A stretch of 63,180 nt of DNA, filler included, from Octopus bimaculoides (lineage: Eukaryota), in assembly GCF_001194135.2 (NCBI RefSeq). It is 4 parts of 4 records of this genome, joined end to end, with 100 filler letters (N's around TTAATTAATTAA, not from the genome) between each part and the next. Parts side by side here need not be neighbours in the genome. Positions count along the whole stretch, not along the records: positions 37,026 to 53,524 come from NC_068988.1; positions 53,625 to 63,180 come from NC_069004.1; 2 more parts are not named here. One strand, given 5' to 3'. Positions 50,045 to 62,391 of the stretch are shown piece by piece (position 1 is the stretch's first letter; each line of letters opens with the position of its first letter). The notes beneath the pieces are model-generated. The model saw only the letters and a program-made list of their open reading frames with translations. It ran no database searches and had not been told where the DNA came from. The position numbers were made by a program, and so were the translations under genes.

Positions 50045-50660
50045 AAATTGGTGGAGTGTTGAATTAATGGCTTTGCAGTATTTACTTATAGATTTTTTTT
50101 TGTCTTGGGTTCAATCTCAAGTAATGTTGGTAAGGGATTAATTTTGCTTTGCATTCTTAATAGGTTGATAAAGTACCAGATTTTTTTGTTTTTTTTTAGT
50201 TGACTTTGTGTGTCATTTCTTCCTGGCTCATTGAAACAAAGTACCAACAAAGTACTTGAGCCAACCATATCATTCTCTCAAAGTGTGTATCAGCTTAAGA
50301 CTAACAGTAATTCTTATTACTGGAAGGCAATAAGCTGGTAGAATCATAAGAGCATCAGACTAAATGCTTAGTGACATTTCTTTCGGTTCTTTACATTCTG
50401 AGTTCAAATCCCACCAAAGTCAAGTGAACTTTACCCTTCATCCTTTTAGAGGTTGATAAAATCAAGTACACATCAAATGTTGGAATCTATGTAATAAACT
50501 TGCCCTTGGCCCCTCAAAATTGCTGACTTTGTTCTAAAATTTGAAACAATTATTATCAAGGCTTCAAGCTGGTAGATTTGTTGAAACATCAGAAAAAAAT
50601 GCTTTGCAGCATTTCTTCTGGTTTTTCATCCTTTCAAGATTGATAAAATATAAAGTACCA
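50045..50660 (+). mobile_element. Three plus-strand family A SINE copies (degenerate/partial)
   Basis: AAGGCAATAAGCTGGTAGAATC...GAGTTCAAATCCC...TTTGAAACAATTATT (~50325-50550) with neighbours, downstream of an (ATT)n tract at ~49972-50022. Confidence 0.75.
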
Positions 50661-51384
50661 TTACTACTACTACTACTACTACTATTATAACTACATGGGT
50701 CCTACTGATGACTAACATGACAGGAATCATATAAAATATTGTTTCATTCAGTCCTTCATGTCCCAAAACTCCATTGGTGCCACCAATAATATCAATTTTT
50801 CATGCATTTCTCTAATCACCCATAATTATTTCAGTTATATTTTTCTGAAAATGTGTTGCTGTCATATTTTTTTCCTTTTCTAATTTGCTTTATGTGTGAT
50901 TGTTTTTCTTTGATTATTTCTTTGAAATTTACTTTTCATTGTTCTTCTTATTTATTGTTTATGTTTCTTTTATTTATTGATTGCCTCCTTCTTTTTTACG
51001 ATAGAAGTGTAAAGAAGTTGGAATTACCATAAGGTAAAAGTTAGAGAAATGGTGAGAGAGAGAGAGAGTAAGAGAGAAATGGTAAGATGGAGAGAGAGAG
51101 ATGTTATGTCTGTAAGCAAATGGAAGGAATGGTCTAAAAAGGTATTGAGCTAGAAAAAGGGAGATGGAGGAAGAGAGGAAAGAATCCCATTTATATAATA
51201 GCCAAGAGATTTAGAAGAAGAAAGGTGTATATAAATATAGAATAAATATAAAAATTTACAGGAATTAAGTTAAAACACACCAAACATTGGTAAGGTTTAA
51301 GGAAAGACAATTAATTGCTGAGAAGCAGCTTAAAGAATGAAAAAGAAAAGGGTGTGAAAATATGTGTGTATGTGTGTCTATATG

Positions 51385-51459
<75 letters not shown>

Positions 51460-51873
51460 TACCAGCGAACATGCAAAGCACATACATTGAGTATGTATGT
51501 TCGATAATACATGTGTGTCTGTATATGTGTATTTACAAACATAAGGTTTCATGGCTAGATATAGATATAGAAGAAATATAAGTTTAGATATCTAATTTAA
51601 AACTACGGAATATCAGAGATTTTTGTCTCACCAAACAACCAGAAAGCCTGCTTATACAACTCAGGGGCATAACAACAAATCCATAGGCCAAACGTTTACA
51701 TAACCTGACAGACAATAAGTCAGCACCTATATATGTTTTAGCCATGACAATAGGTTAACAGTTATACTATAAAGATATAACATATTATAGTTATATTATA
51801 AAACATAATGAAAATTCTACATACTTCTCTAAATATTAGGGAGATAGTTTTACATATTTTAACAATGTTAATC

Positions 51874-51934
51874 AACAAATGGCAATAGGCAGCAAGTTAA
51901 TGCTAACAAATGGCAATAGGCAGCAAGTTAATGC
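51874..51934. repeat. Perfect 30-nt tandem duplication (31-bp period)
   Basis: AACAAATGGCAATAGGCAGCAAGTTAATGC occurs twice, separated by one T. Confidence 0.92.
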
Positions 51935-52503
51935 CATAGCACCTTCTTATGAGAATAGGGAGACAATTATACTTGTTTAGCCAGGGACAACTTGTAGACT
52001 TTTAACTTGTAATAACAGGGATATTAGTAATGTGTATTTCACGTACATATATNNNNNNNNNNNNNNNNNNNNNNNNNNNNNNNNNNNNNNNNNNNNNNNN
52101 NNNNNNNNNNNNNNNNNNNNNNNNNNNNNNNNNNNNNNNNNNNNNNNNNNNNNNNNNNNNNNNNNNNNNNNNNNNNNNNNNNNNNNNNNNNNNNNNNNNN
52201 NNNNNNNNNNNNNNNNNNNNNNNNNNNNNNNNNNNNNNNNNNNNNNNNNNNNNNNNNNNNNNNNNNNNNNNNNNNNNNNNNNNNNNNNNNNNNNNNNNNN
52301 NNNNNNNNNNNNNNNNNNNNNNNNNNNNNNNNNNNNNNNNNATGTATATAAATTGTATGTGTGAGTATATTGAAAATGACAGGTAAAAAGTATTTATCAG
52401 TGTATATATATATGTCTATATATGCATACACATATGTGTGAAATTATATACATTTATATGAATTTGTGTGTATATGTGTAGCCATAAAATGTATATAAAT
52501 GTT

Positions 52504-52549
<46 letters not shown>

Positions 52550-52595
52550 AGTACAATGTATATAAATGTCTATATATATATATATATCAGTATAA

Positions 52596-52628
<33 letters not shown>

Positions 52629-53340
52629 CCATACAATTGTGTATAAATGCATATACATATTTTCATATGCATATATAGAAAGATTTGTGTGTGGATTGAT
52701 AGATAGATAGATAGATATTTGTATATATAGATGTGTATATATAAAAATATATACATATATGTATACCTATATGTGTGCATATTTATTTATGTATATATTT
52801 GTGTATATATATTTGTGTGCGTATATATATATATTTATCATTTATGATGTTAATGATAAATATGCATTTATTCATGTGTATGTTTGTGAGTGTATATGTC
52901 GATATGCTTTTATGTGTGTGTACAAATGGATAGATTTTTATTTGTATGTGTATTTCTATGTATTTATACATGCATACGCATGTGTGTGTCATTGTATATT
53001 GCTAGAGGGAGAGAGAGAGAGAGTACATGGAATTGAATGTTATAAAGGGAAATATATATACTAAAAAGGATTCCAAGAAAAGATGACAGATGAGATGAAA
53101 TAAATAAATTCAATAAAAAAAAAAAAGAAAGAAGAGGACAGCAAACATACAATATTGGAAATTATGAAATGGAAAATAAAAATAGTAATTTATAAAATCA
53201 GAAAAAGAATGGCATATATATACATATATATATATATATATATGAACATATATATGTGTGTGTGTTTAGTGTTGACTGTTGGAAGAAAGAGTACTCAATG
53301 CCATAGTTGAGATTCATATTATCTTTATTTCGGTTGAGTT

Positions 53341-53441
53341 AGTCTTTCGTTACTCTGAGCTTTGCCTGTGAGTATACAGTCTTCGTAACCTGCCAGAAGA
53401 TTCTGTGTATTCACAGATGAAACTCAGAGTAGCAAAAGACT
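53341..53441. repeat. 101-nt imperfect inverted repeat (fold-back)
   Basis: Arms 53341-53379 and 53403-53441 match at 31/39 positions without gaps. An inner TCTTC/GAAGA extends the stem. Confidence 0.85.
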
Positions 53442-53477
53442 GAAACACCCAAAATAGAATGTGCATGTAGGTATGTG

Positions 53478-53524
<47 letters not shown>

Positions 53525-53624
53525 NNNNNNNNNNNNNNNNNNNNNNNNNNNNNNNNNNNNNNNNNNNNTTAATTAATTAANNNNNNNNNNNNNNNNNNNN
53601 NNNNNNNNNNNNNNNNNNNNNNNN
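53525..53624. other. Artificial scaffold spacer (44 N + TTAATTAATTAA + 44 N)
   Basis: Identical structure to the other two spacers. Confidence 0.95.
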
Positions 53625-53996
53625 CAGATGACAACGTTTCTCTAAAAGAAATGGAAAAACTTTCAAAATACAAAGACCTGGAAATAGAGATAACTCGAAT
53701 GTGGAATCTAAAAACAGAAACAATTCATATCTTAGTAGGTGCCTTAGGTATAATAAAAAAATATTCAGACAAATACATAACAAAAATAGCAGGACTTACA
53801 AATATATATAACATACAGAAAATTGCACTACTGGGTACTGCACACATCCTACGCAAAACACTTTCAATACAGTAAACATAAGAGTACCACAGCAAATCAC
53901 AGCACATACCCAAGGCGCACAGAGCTGCGCTCGGTAGTGAAGTGAAAGCACGTTATAAAAATAAAACTACTGAATAATAATAATAATAATAATAAT
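53625..53996 (+). mobile_element. R4/Dong-clade LINE 3' end with (TAA)n tail
   Basis: DDNVSLKEMEKLSKYKDLEIEITRMWNLKTETIHILVGALG...IQKIALLGTAHILRKTLSIQ* (RLE C-terminus), ~100-nt 3' UTR, (AAT)n at 53973-53996. Confidence 0.9.
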
Positions 53997-54177
53997 AGTG
54001 ATCATTGCGGTTAATACATATTTCTGGACATTTCTCTCGCATATTCACTGATATTCTTAAATATATTCGTATGTTCTCCGTAATTGCAAATAAATTTCCA
54101 TGTGTAAAATAGAAGCATATGCTCCCCCTACCCCTTATATATACGCACACATGTATATATATATATGTGTGAATGCA

Positions 54178-54224
<47 letters not shown>

Positions 54225-54309
54225 NNNNNNNNNNNNNNNNNNNNNNNNNNNNNNNNNNNNNNNNTCTCTCTCTCTCTCTCTCTATATATAAATATATACT
54301 TACGTATAC

Positions 54310-54565
54310 ATATGTGCGTGTATGTTAGTATTTGTGCTTTTCCAACACAACCGTTTGACAACTGGTGTCGGTTTGTTTACGTCCCTCTTAACCTTACAGA
54401 CCAGCAAAAAGAGCCCAATAGAATAAAGACTAGTCTTAAAGGTAATAAGTCCTAGCGTAGATTTGCTTGACTAAATTTTTCAAGGTGCTGCTCCGCCATG
54501 ACCTACATCTTGTTTTCATCTTTTACTTGTTTCCGTCATTTGACTGCGGCCATGCTGGGGCACCG
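54310..54565 (+). mobile_element. SINE family B 3' half
   Basis: TTGACAACTGGTGTCGGTTTGTTTACGTCCC...AATAAGTCCT...GTCATTTGACTGCGGCCATGCTGGGGCACCGCC (the last part is an inverted 3' end). Confidence 0.7.
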
Positions 54566-54653
54566 CCTAAATAGACTTAAACCTTAATTTGTTACTCAGT
54601 TTAACAGCATCACCTGGTGCTGCGCCGCCGTTTTGAGGATAACTTCCTCTTTC

Positions 54654-54687
<34 letters not shown>

Positions 54688-55384
54688 NNNNNNNNNNNNN
54701 NNNNNNNNNNNNNNNNNNNNNNNNNNNNNNNNNNNNNNNNNNNNNNNNNNNNNNNNNNNNNNNNNNNNNNNNNNNNNNNNNNNNNNNNNNNNNNNNNNNN
54801 NNNNNNNNNNNNNNNNNNNNNNNNNNNNNNNNNNNNNNNNNNNNNNNNNNNNNNNNNNNNNNNNNNNNNNNNNNNNNNNNNNNNNNNNNNNNNNNNNNNN
54901 NNNNNNNNNNNNNNNNNNNNNNNNNNNNNNNNNNNNNNNNNNNNNNNNNNNNNNNNNNNNNNNNNNNNNNNNNNNNNNNNNNNNNNNNNNNNNNNNNNNN
55001 NNNNNNNNNNNNNNNNNNNNNNNNNNNNNNNNNNNNNNNNNNNNNNNNNNNNNNNNNNNNNNNNNNNNNNNNNNNNNNNNNNNNNNNNNNNNNNNNNNNN
55101 NNNNNNNNNNNNNNNNNNNNNNNNNNNNNNNNNNNNNNNNNNNNNNNNNNNNNNNNNNNNNNNNNNNNNNACTCTAGTGTTCGGACTTCACTAAGAAACC
55201 ATTATATTAGTTTAAATTTATTGTAATTACATTCATACGTTTACAGTCTTGTTGTTGTTGTTGTTGCTGCCGTGTCGTTTCCTCTCATTTCACTTTATTC
55301 TCTTATAATTTCTTTGTCTAATTCATTATTAACATTGTTTTTACTGATTTGCTTCTTTGTCCTTCTTTATTCTATTATTATTAC

Positions 55385-55451
<67 letters not shown>

Positions 55452-56340
55452 TTGCAATTCTAATCAGGATCTTTATAATAATATATACGAAAAATTAAAA
55501 TCCGCCTTTGCTTGTCAAAGAAGAATACACACACAATCAAACAGACAGACACAAACACACACACACGTACATACACACATATACATACACATGCACACTC
55601 GGTGTTATTTATCATTTTATAAGTCTTTTTTTTTTATATTTTGTTTTTATTTATTTTTTTTCATGTAAGAACTTTCTCGTAATTTTCTTCTTCGACACTG
55701 AAGAAAACAATAAGATTAAAGAGGAAAGATAAAACAACAAAACGAAATGATTTAAAAAAAGAAGCAACCCCTCCCCTCTAAAATAAAAGAAGGATTAAAA
55801 GGAAAGACAAAAGAAAAAAAAATGGAGATGAAACAAAAGTTACAAAAACAAAAACAACTTAAAAACAAGACACAACTCAAAAACAAACAAAAAAAAAAAC
55901 ACCCAACACAACCTTAAAAACTCCCCACAATAAATAAATAAATTAGAATAAATTAAAATAATAAAATAAAAAATTGGAATCGAAAACCGAAGGCAGGATG
56001 AAAAAGAGAAATCAAAGAAATGAAACAAAAATAAAAAATAAGATTATAAAAGGTAAACAAAAAAAATTTAACATATATAACGATATATATATATATATAT
56101 ATATATAAATGTATATAATATATAAGAACATATATATAAATATATAGTAATATATAGATATCTCCATATGTATGCATGTATGTATGTATATCTTACGTAT
56201 GTATGTATGTCATTACATGTGCATACGCGAGAAGAGCCAAGTCATGAATTTCGAAGAATTTGTTGTACGAGTAAGTTAATAGTAACTAATTTTATTGACT
56301 GGGCTTGTCTGACTGTTAAGCGTATAGCGCGCGCGTGCCT

Positions 56341-56386
<46 letters not shown>

Positions 56387-57259
56387 NNNNNNNNNNNNNN
56401 NNNNNNNNNNNNNNNNNNNNNNNNNNNNNNNNNNNNNNNNNNNNNNNNNNNNNNNNNNNNNNNNNNNNNNNNNNNNNNNNNNNNNNNNNNNNNNNNNNNN
56501 NNNNNNNNNNNNNNNNNNNNNNNNNNNNNNNNNNNNNNNNNNNNNNNNNNNNNNNNNNNNNNNNNNNNNNNNNNNNNNNNNNNNNNNNNNNNNNNNNNNN
56601 NNNNNNNNNNNNNNNNNNNNNNNNNNNNNNNNNNNNNNNNNNNNNNNNNNNNNNNNNNNNNNNNNNNNNNNNNNNNNNNNNNNNNNNNNNNNNNNNNNNN
56701 NNNNNNNNNNNNNNNNNNNNNNNNNNNNNNNNNNNNNNNNNNNNNNNNNNNNNNNNNNNNNNNNNNNNNNNNNNNNNNNNNNNNNNNNNNNNNNNNNNNN
56801 NNNNNNNNNNNNNNNNNNNNNNNNNNNNNNNNNNNNNNNNNNNNNNNNNNNNNNNNNNNNNNNNNNNNNNNNNNNNNNNNNNNNNNNNNNNNNNNNNNNN
56901 NNNNNNNNNNNNNNNNNNNNNNNNNNNNNNNNNNNNNNNNNNNNNNNNNNNNNNNNNNNNNNNNNNNNNNNNNNNNNNNNNNNNNNNNNNNNNNNNNNNN
57001 NNNNNNNNNNNNNNNNNNNNNNNNNNNNNNNNNNNNNNNNNNNNNNNNNNNNNNNNNNNNNNNNNNNNNNNNNNNNNNNNNNNNNNNNNNNNNNNNNNNN
57101 NNNNNNNNNNNNNNNNNNNNNNNNNNNNNNNNNNNNNNNNNNNNNNNNNNNNNNNNNNNNNNNNNNNNNNNNNNNNNNNNNNNNNNNNNNNNNNNNNNNN
57201 NNNNNNNNNNNNNNNNNNNNNNNNNNNNNNNNNNNNNNNTATATATACATATACATATA

Positions 57260-57312
<53 letters not shown>

Positions 57313-57515
57313 GTATGTATATATATATGTATATATATCGTGAAGTAAGCGTTAACATGCCTCTTGTACTAAGCACGATAGCGTTTTATTAATGAAAGTC
57401 TACATATCCAGATGGACAAACATTGCTGATCAAAGCTTAACTAAGCCTAACAGGCTCATAATAATAATGATGATGATGATGATGATGATGATAATGATGA
57501 TGCTGCTGCTACTTC

Positions 57516-57547
<32 letters not shown>

Positions 57548-57599
57548 ATAAGGGGAAGAATATAAACTTGAAAGAATTTCATACAACAGAGACCGGACT

Positions 57600-57783
57600 A
57601 ATTAAAACCGGAAATGGGTTTTTCTGCGAAGGGAATCATTAATTTGTTGAACAATGAGTAGTAACTACAGATCCCTATATTTCCGGTTTACTATGTAACC
57701 ACTTAGTTAAGGACCAACCTGGTTTAGCGTTCTGGTTGCGCAGTGGAAGTCTGGGTTTGATAAATTGTGATTCACGGGTACGT
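57600..57783 (+). promoter_or_regulatory. Candidate promoter with short first exon and splice donor
   Basis: Inverted ETS-type AAACCGGAAAT (57605-57615) and ATTTCCGGTTT (57679-57689), ACTACAGATCCC (57664-57675), TGCGCA (57737-57742), donor CGG|gtacgt at 57778. Confidence 0.4.
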
Positions 57784-57824
57784 GTTGTTATTGTCGTTGT
57801 TGCTGCTGCTTGGCCGCTACTATT

Positions 57825-58230
57825 CGTGATGGCAGATCAGTAGAATCGTTACAGAATAAAACGAAAACGCTTTTTAGTATTTATACTTTATTTTGGCGCT
57901 GCGCCCCGAGTTCAAACCTTGCTGAGTTCAACCGTATTTTATCGTTTCTGGGTCTAGAAAATAAAGTAGCACTCTTAGATAGGAGATGAGCGGAATTGTG
58001 AGTGAATTTGGTTGACGGAAACTGAGAGAAGCCCGTCGTATATCTCTCTCTCTCTCTATATATATATGATTGTTTATGTGTGTGTTTGTGTGTGTGTGTG
58101 TGCGTGTGCGTGTGTGAGTGTGTCTTTGTGTCTGTGTTTGTCCCCTCCCCACCGCTTGACAACCGGTGGCAGCGTGTTCGTGTCCACGTAACTTAGCGGT
58201 CCCGAAAACGATAGAAAAAGTACCAGACTT
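57825..58230 (+). mobile_element. Family A 5' fragment (57825-57960) and family B internal fragment (58000-58230)
   Basis: GGCAGATCAGTAGAATCGTTA...GAGTTCAAACC; GTGAATTTGGTTGACGGAAACTGAGAGAAGCCCGTCG...CGTAACTTAGCGG. Confidence 0.7.
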
Positions 58231-58439
58231 AATATATATACATATGTGTGTGTGTGTGTGTGTTTGTCTGTCTGTCTGTGTGCGTTTGTGTATCCATGGC
58301 TCTAAGGTGTTTTAACACCGGCCACATGCGAGTAACTAGTTCCGGCCCTACTGGTTCTTGGTTCTTGGGTGGTGGACGCAATCCCTCACTCATTCTCACA
58401 CTGTTGGACGAGCCACTGTAATGGTGCACATAATACTGT

Positions 58440-59641
58440 TGTTGCTGCTGCTACTGATGATGGTAGTGATGGTGGTTGTGGTGATAATGGTGATACCGAT
58501 GATGATGATGATGATGATGATGATGNNNNNNNNNNNNNNNNNNNNNNNNNNNNNNNNNNNNNNNNNNNNNNNNNNNNNNNNNNNNNNNNNNNNNNNNNNN
58601 NNNNNNNNNNNNNNNNNNNNNNNNNNNNNNNNNNNNNNNNNNNNNNNNNNNNNNNNNNNNNNNNNNNNNNNNNNNNNNNNNNNNNNNNNNNNNNNNNNNN
58701 NNNNNNNNNNNNNNNNNNNNNNNNNNNNNNNNNNNNNNNNNNNNNNNNNNNNNNNNNNNNNNNNNNNNNNNNNNNNNNNNNNNNNNNNNNNNNNNNNNNN
58801 NNNNNNNNNNNNNNNNNNNNNNNNNNNNNNNNNNNNNNNNNNNNNNNNNNNNNNNNNNNNNNNNNNNNNNNNNNNNNNNNNNNNNNNNNNNNNNNNNNNN
58901 NNNNNNNNNNNNNNNNNNNNNNNNNNNNNNNNNNNNNNNNNNNNNNNNNNNNNNNNNNNNNNNNNNNNNNNNNNNNNNNNNNNNNNNNNNNNNNNNNNNN
59001 NNNNNNNNNNNNNNNNNNNNNNNNNNNNNNNNNNNNNNNNNNNNNNNNNNNNNNNNNNNNNNNNNNNNNNNNNNNNNNNNNNNNNNNNNNNNNNNNNNNN
59101 NNNNNNNNNNNNNNNNNNNNNNNNNNNNNNNNNNNNNNNNNNNNNNNNNNNNNNNNNGTGGTGGTAGTGGTGGAGGTGGTTTTGGTGGTGATGGTAGTGA
59201 TGGTGGTGTTGGTGTTGTTGGAGTTGGTAAGAATAGCGATGACCGGAGTGATGATGGTGTTGGTGGTTGTGGTGGTGGGGATGGCAGTGGCATTATTGTT
59301 GGTGCTGGTGGTAGTGGTGGAGGCGGTGTTGGTGATAGTGGTTTTGGTGGTATTGGTAGTGGTGGTGGTGGTGTTTGTGGTATTGATGTTGATGGTAGTA
59401 GTGAATTTGATGGCGTTGTTGTTGGAGTTATTAAGGATAGTAGCGATCAGTGTGATGATGATGATGGTGGTATGGTGTTGATGGTAGTAGTGTTGGTGAT
59501 ATTGCTGTAGGAGGTGTTAATAATGGTGGTAGCGGTGGCGGCCGTGATGGTGGTGGTGTTGTTGTCGGTGGTGTTCGTAGTGTCACCGTGGCGCTAGTTG
59601 TAATGATGGTGGTGATGATGATGATGATGATGATGATGATA

Positions 59642-59677
<36 letters not shown>

Positions 59678-59770
59678 CTGATGATGATGATGATAATGGT
59701 GCTGGAGGTGGTGGCGGTGATGGTATTGGTTGTGATGGTGAAAGTGGCGGCAGCGTTCGTAGTGGTGGTT
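58440..59770. repeat. Long (GAT)n/(GGT)n trinucleotide low-complexity tract spanning a gap
   Basis: Direct inspection; gap at 58526-59157. Confidence 0.92.
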
Positions 59771-59821
59771 AAGCAGATAAAAAATAGTCATTGTAGTAAC
59801 GCCAAAGGGGCCCCGTGGTGG

Positions 59822-60125
59822 TGTCTTCTATTATAGCCTCGGGCCAACCGAAACCTTGTGAGAGAATTGGTTGACGGAAACTGAAAGAAGCCTTTCGTAT
59901 ATATACATATATATATATGTATATGTATATGTTTGTGTGTCTGTGTTTGTCCTCCCCCACCACCACTATCACTTGACAGTCGATATTGGTGTGTTTACGT
60001 CTCCGTACCTTAACGGTTCTGCAAAAGACACCGATGGTAGTAGTGAATAAGTACTAGGCTTACAAAGAATAAGTCCTGGCGTCGAATTGTTCGACTAAAG
60101 GCGGTGCTCCAGCATGGCCGCAATC
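59822..60125 (+). mobile_element. SINE family B lacking its head
   Basis: GTCTTCTATTATAGCCTCGGGCCAACCG...GGCGGTGCTCCAGCATGGCCGCA. Confidence 0.85.
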
Positions 60126-60979
60126 ATATAAAACATTCATATAGAACACATATTTCCTCAGCACAGATATTTATTTAAACACACGCAAGTAAAGAAAAAA
60201 AAAACAACAACCCCAAAGCACAAAAGCAGAAACAAAACAGACTGATGCTATCCTATCACTGTACATCTGGATACTAAAAAAATGAATGCGGTTGATATTC
60301 TGGATTACATAAATCGTGGTACTTACGCAACTCTGGAAATAATTTCATATTGACATCGCTTTATACTTGCTAAATACTAGAACGGAATTCGTCTTGAAGT
60401 GTCTTTAGTCTGCTCGAATGCTGAAGATATCACTGTGTTATTAGATGGAATATCTCTGAAAAATTCTTCGAAAGTTTTGGCAAGTTTCTTGAAGTGCTTT
60501 AAATATATTTTGAATAGTTAGTATTCTTCTTGCTTCTTGGAATCTTAGCATGTGAAAGGCTCTCTGTTAGCTAATTCTTAAGAAAACTGCAGACGTTAGT
60601 TAAACTTATTTGTTCTCGTTCAATAATAGGAAAAAAAAAAACGATCTTGAATATGTTTTGCTTATTGAATTTTGTGCAGCATTTTATTTAAGCACTGCGC
60701 AACAGCTTTCCCTTCGGCTGTCAATATATATACGCCTCTCTCTCTAAACCTCTCTTTTCGTTCTTCATTTATCGTATTGGAACTTCTCAATGTTCTTATA
60801 TTTAACCTATTCTTCAACTGTTATGGAAAAATGTGTTTCTCTCCGTTTCCTTACATTCACTTCTCCGTCCATTTACCATTTCCCTTATTTTGCTGCTTTC
60901 CCTTCTCCCCTTTGGTCTGGAATTTATCGCTTTATACATCTTTACATAGTCTTGTTATTTTCCCTCCTTCCTTACGCTT

Positions 60980-61021
<42 letters not shown>

Positions 61022-61319
61022 NNNNNNNNNNNNNNNNNNNNNNNNNNNNNNNNNNNNNNNNNNNNNNNNNNNNNAGAAAATAAAAAAAAAACAAGAACAC
61101 AAAGAAATATTAATTTTAAAACCATCCGGAAAATTCTAAGTAGAGATGAATACCCGGATGTAGAGAGAAGAAAAAAAAGATATCGAGAGATTTGAAGGAA
61201 GGAAAGCCTATGATTTAGATAAACGATTGAAAAGGTTGAAAAGAGGAAGAAAAATACCGGTGAGGGCAAAATAGTGAAAGAAAAAGACTAAGGAAGAATA
61301 AGAGGTAAATATTAGTCGA

Positions 61320-61364
<45 letters not shown>

Positions 61365-61560
61365 ATTCTAGTTTTATTTTTAGATTTTTCGTAAAATGGA
61401 GAAAGAGCCGGTTTCTAACCTAGATTCAAGGTTCCTTCATTGGAATTTTAACTTCAGCAGAATAGTCGTGCATGTAAGTGTGTATGGGTGTAAGTATTAG
61501 GGATCAATGCGTGTGGATCTTGCTTTATGTATATATATAGTCAACCAGATATGCACTTGA

Positions 61561-61765
61561 CCGTAGGACACCATGCGTTTCGGCGTCCTTACGCTTCATC
61601 AGTTGCGTATACGACCACTGACATCTGATTGCTCTTATGTGAGTTAAGCTTTTCGTACATCAGAAGATGTACCATTTGCTATTCTGATATTAGAACGCCC
61701 AACTCTTAGTGGTCATGAACCACATGGCTGATGAAGCGTAACGTTGAACACTCATACTGTCTACA
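61561..61765. ncRNA. Inverted pair of degenerate hammerhead-like motifs
   Basis: Minus copy CTGATGA AGCGT AAGG ACGCC GAAA CGCATGGTGTC (61561-61612); plus copy CTGATGAAGCGTAACGTTGAAC (from 61728). They share a perfect 14-bp inverted repeat, 61589-61602 and 61728-61741. Confidence 0.45.
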
Positions 61766-62391
61766 AGGAAAATTTCTTCTCTCGAGACTACTTCTGCAGC
61801 ATATGGTTTTTCCATATCCAAATGTACACAAATATGTTAAATAATGTTGTACATAACTATATTTAATTCAACGTTGCTTAGTTCGCATCTGCCTGTCAAA
61901 TATATTTATGTCTTAAAGTATTTCTTCATAATTATATTGACTTCTGTCATCATGAGTTTGTTAATTATTTCTAATACTAGTCGGGTACCCGTCACATGAG
62001 TTATAACTTTGGAAATATACGTTTGCCACAAGTGATCATGATCACTCAACGTTTATCAAATTTCATCGTACTTATAAAAATTTATAAAATGAATATTGAT
62101 TTTCAAATATAAAATATTCATCACCTTAAAATATAATTAAATAAAACAAATTTCTCATTTTATTTGTCCTCCCATAAGTACTCGAGCATTCAGACACTTT
62201 TCTCCTCCTGCTCCTCCTCCAGCGATTTTGTTTCTTTCTCAGTGTGTGAGTATAGCGTTCGTTTGCCCATTGTCTGCTAACGGCTTTCAACTGTGCACTC
62301 ATTTTCCATTTCTTATCTGCACCGCTTTCTCTCTCTGTACTTCTCTTTAACTCTTTCCCTCTCTCGATAACACGTGACTGGAGAAATCAAA

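Noticed and set aside
56232-56276. MNFEEFVVR followed by gtaagt, as an EF-hand-like exon
   Set aside because: No credible acceptor, too short to establish homology, and embedded in microsatellites.
58358-59836. Poly-Val/Met/His/Pro ORFs
   Set aside because: They are frames of the (GGT)n/(GAT)n tract, with no complex coding sequence or splice context.
60380-60540. Possible plus-strand exon, or hAT C-terminal relic on the minus strand
   Set aside because: Both readings are weak and cannot be distinguished by eye.
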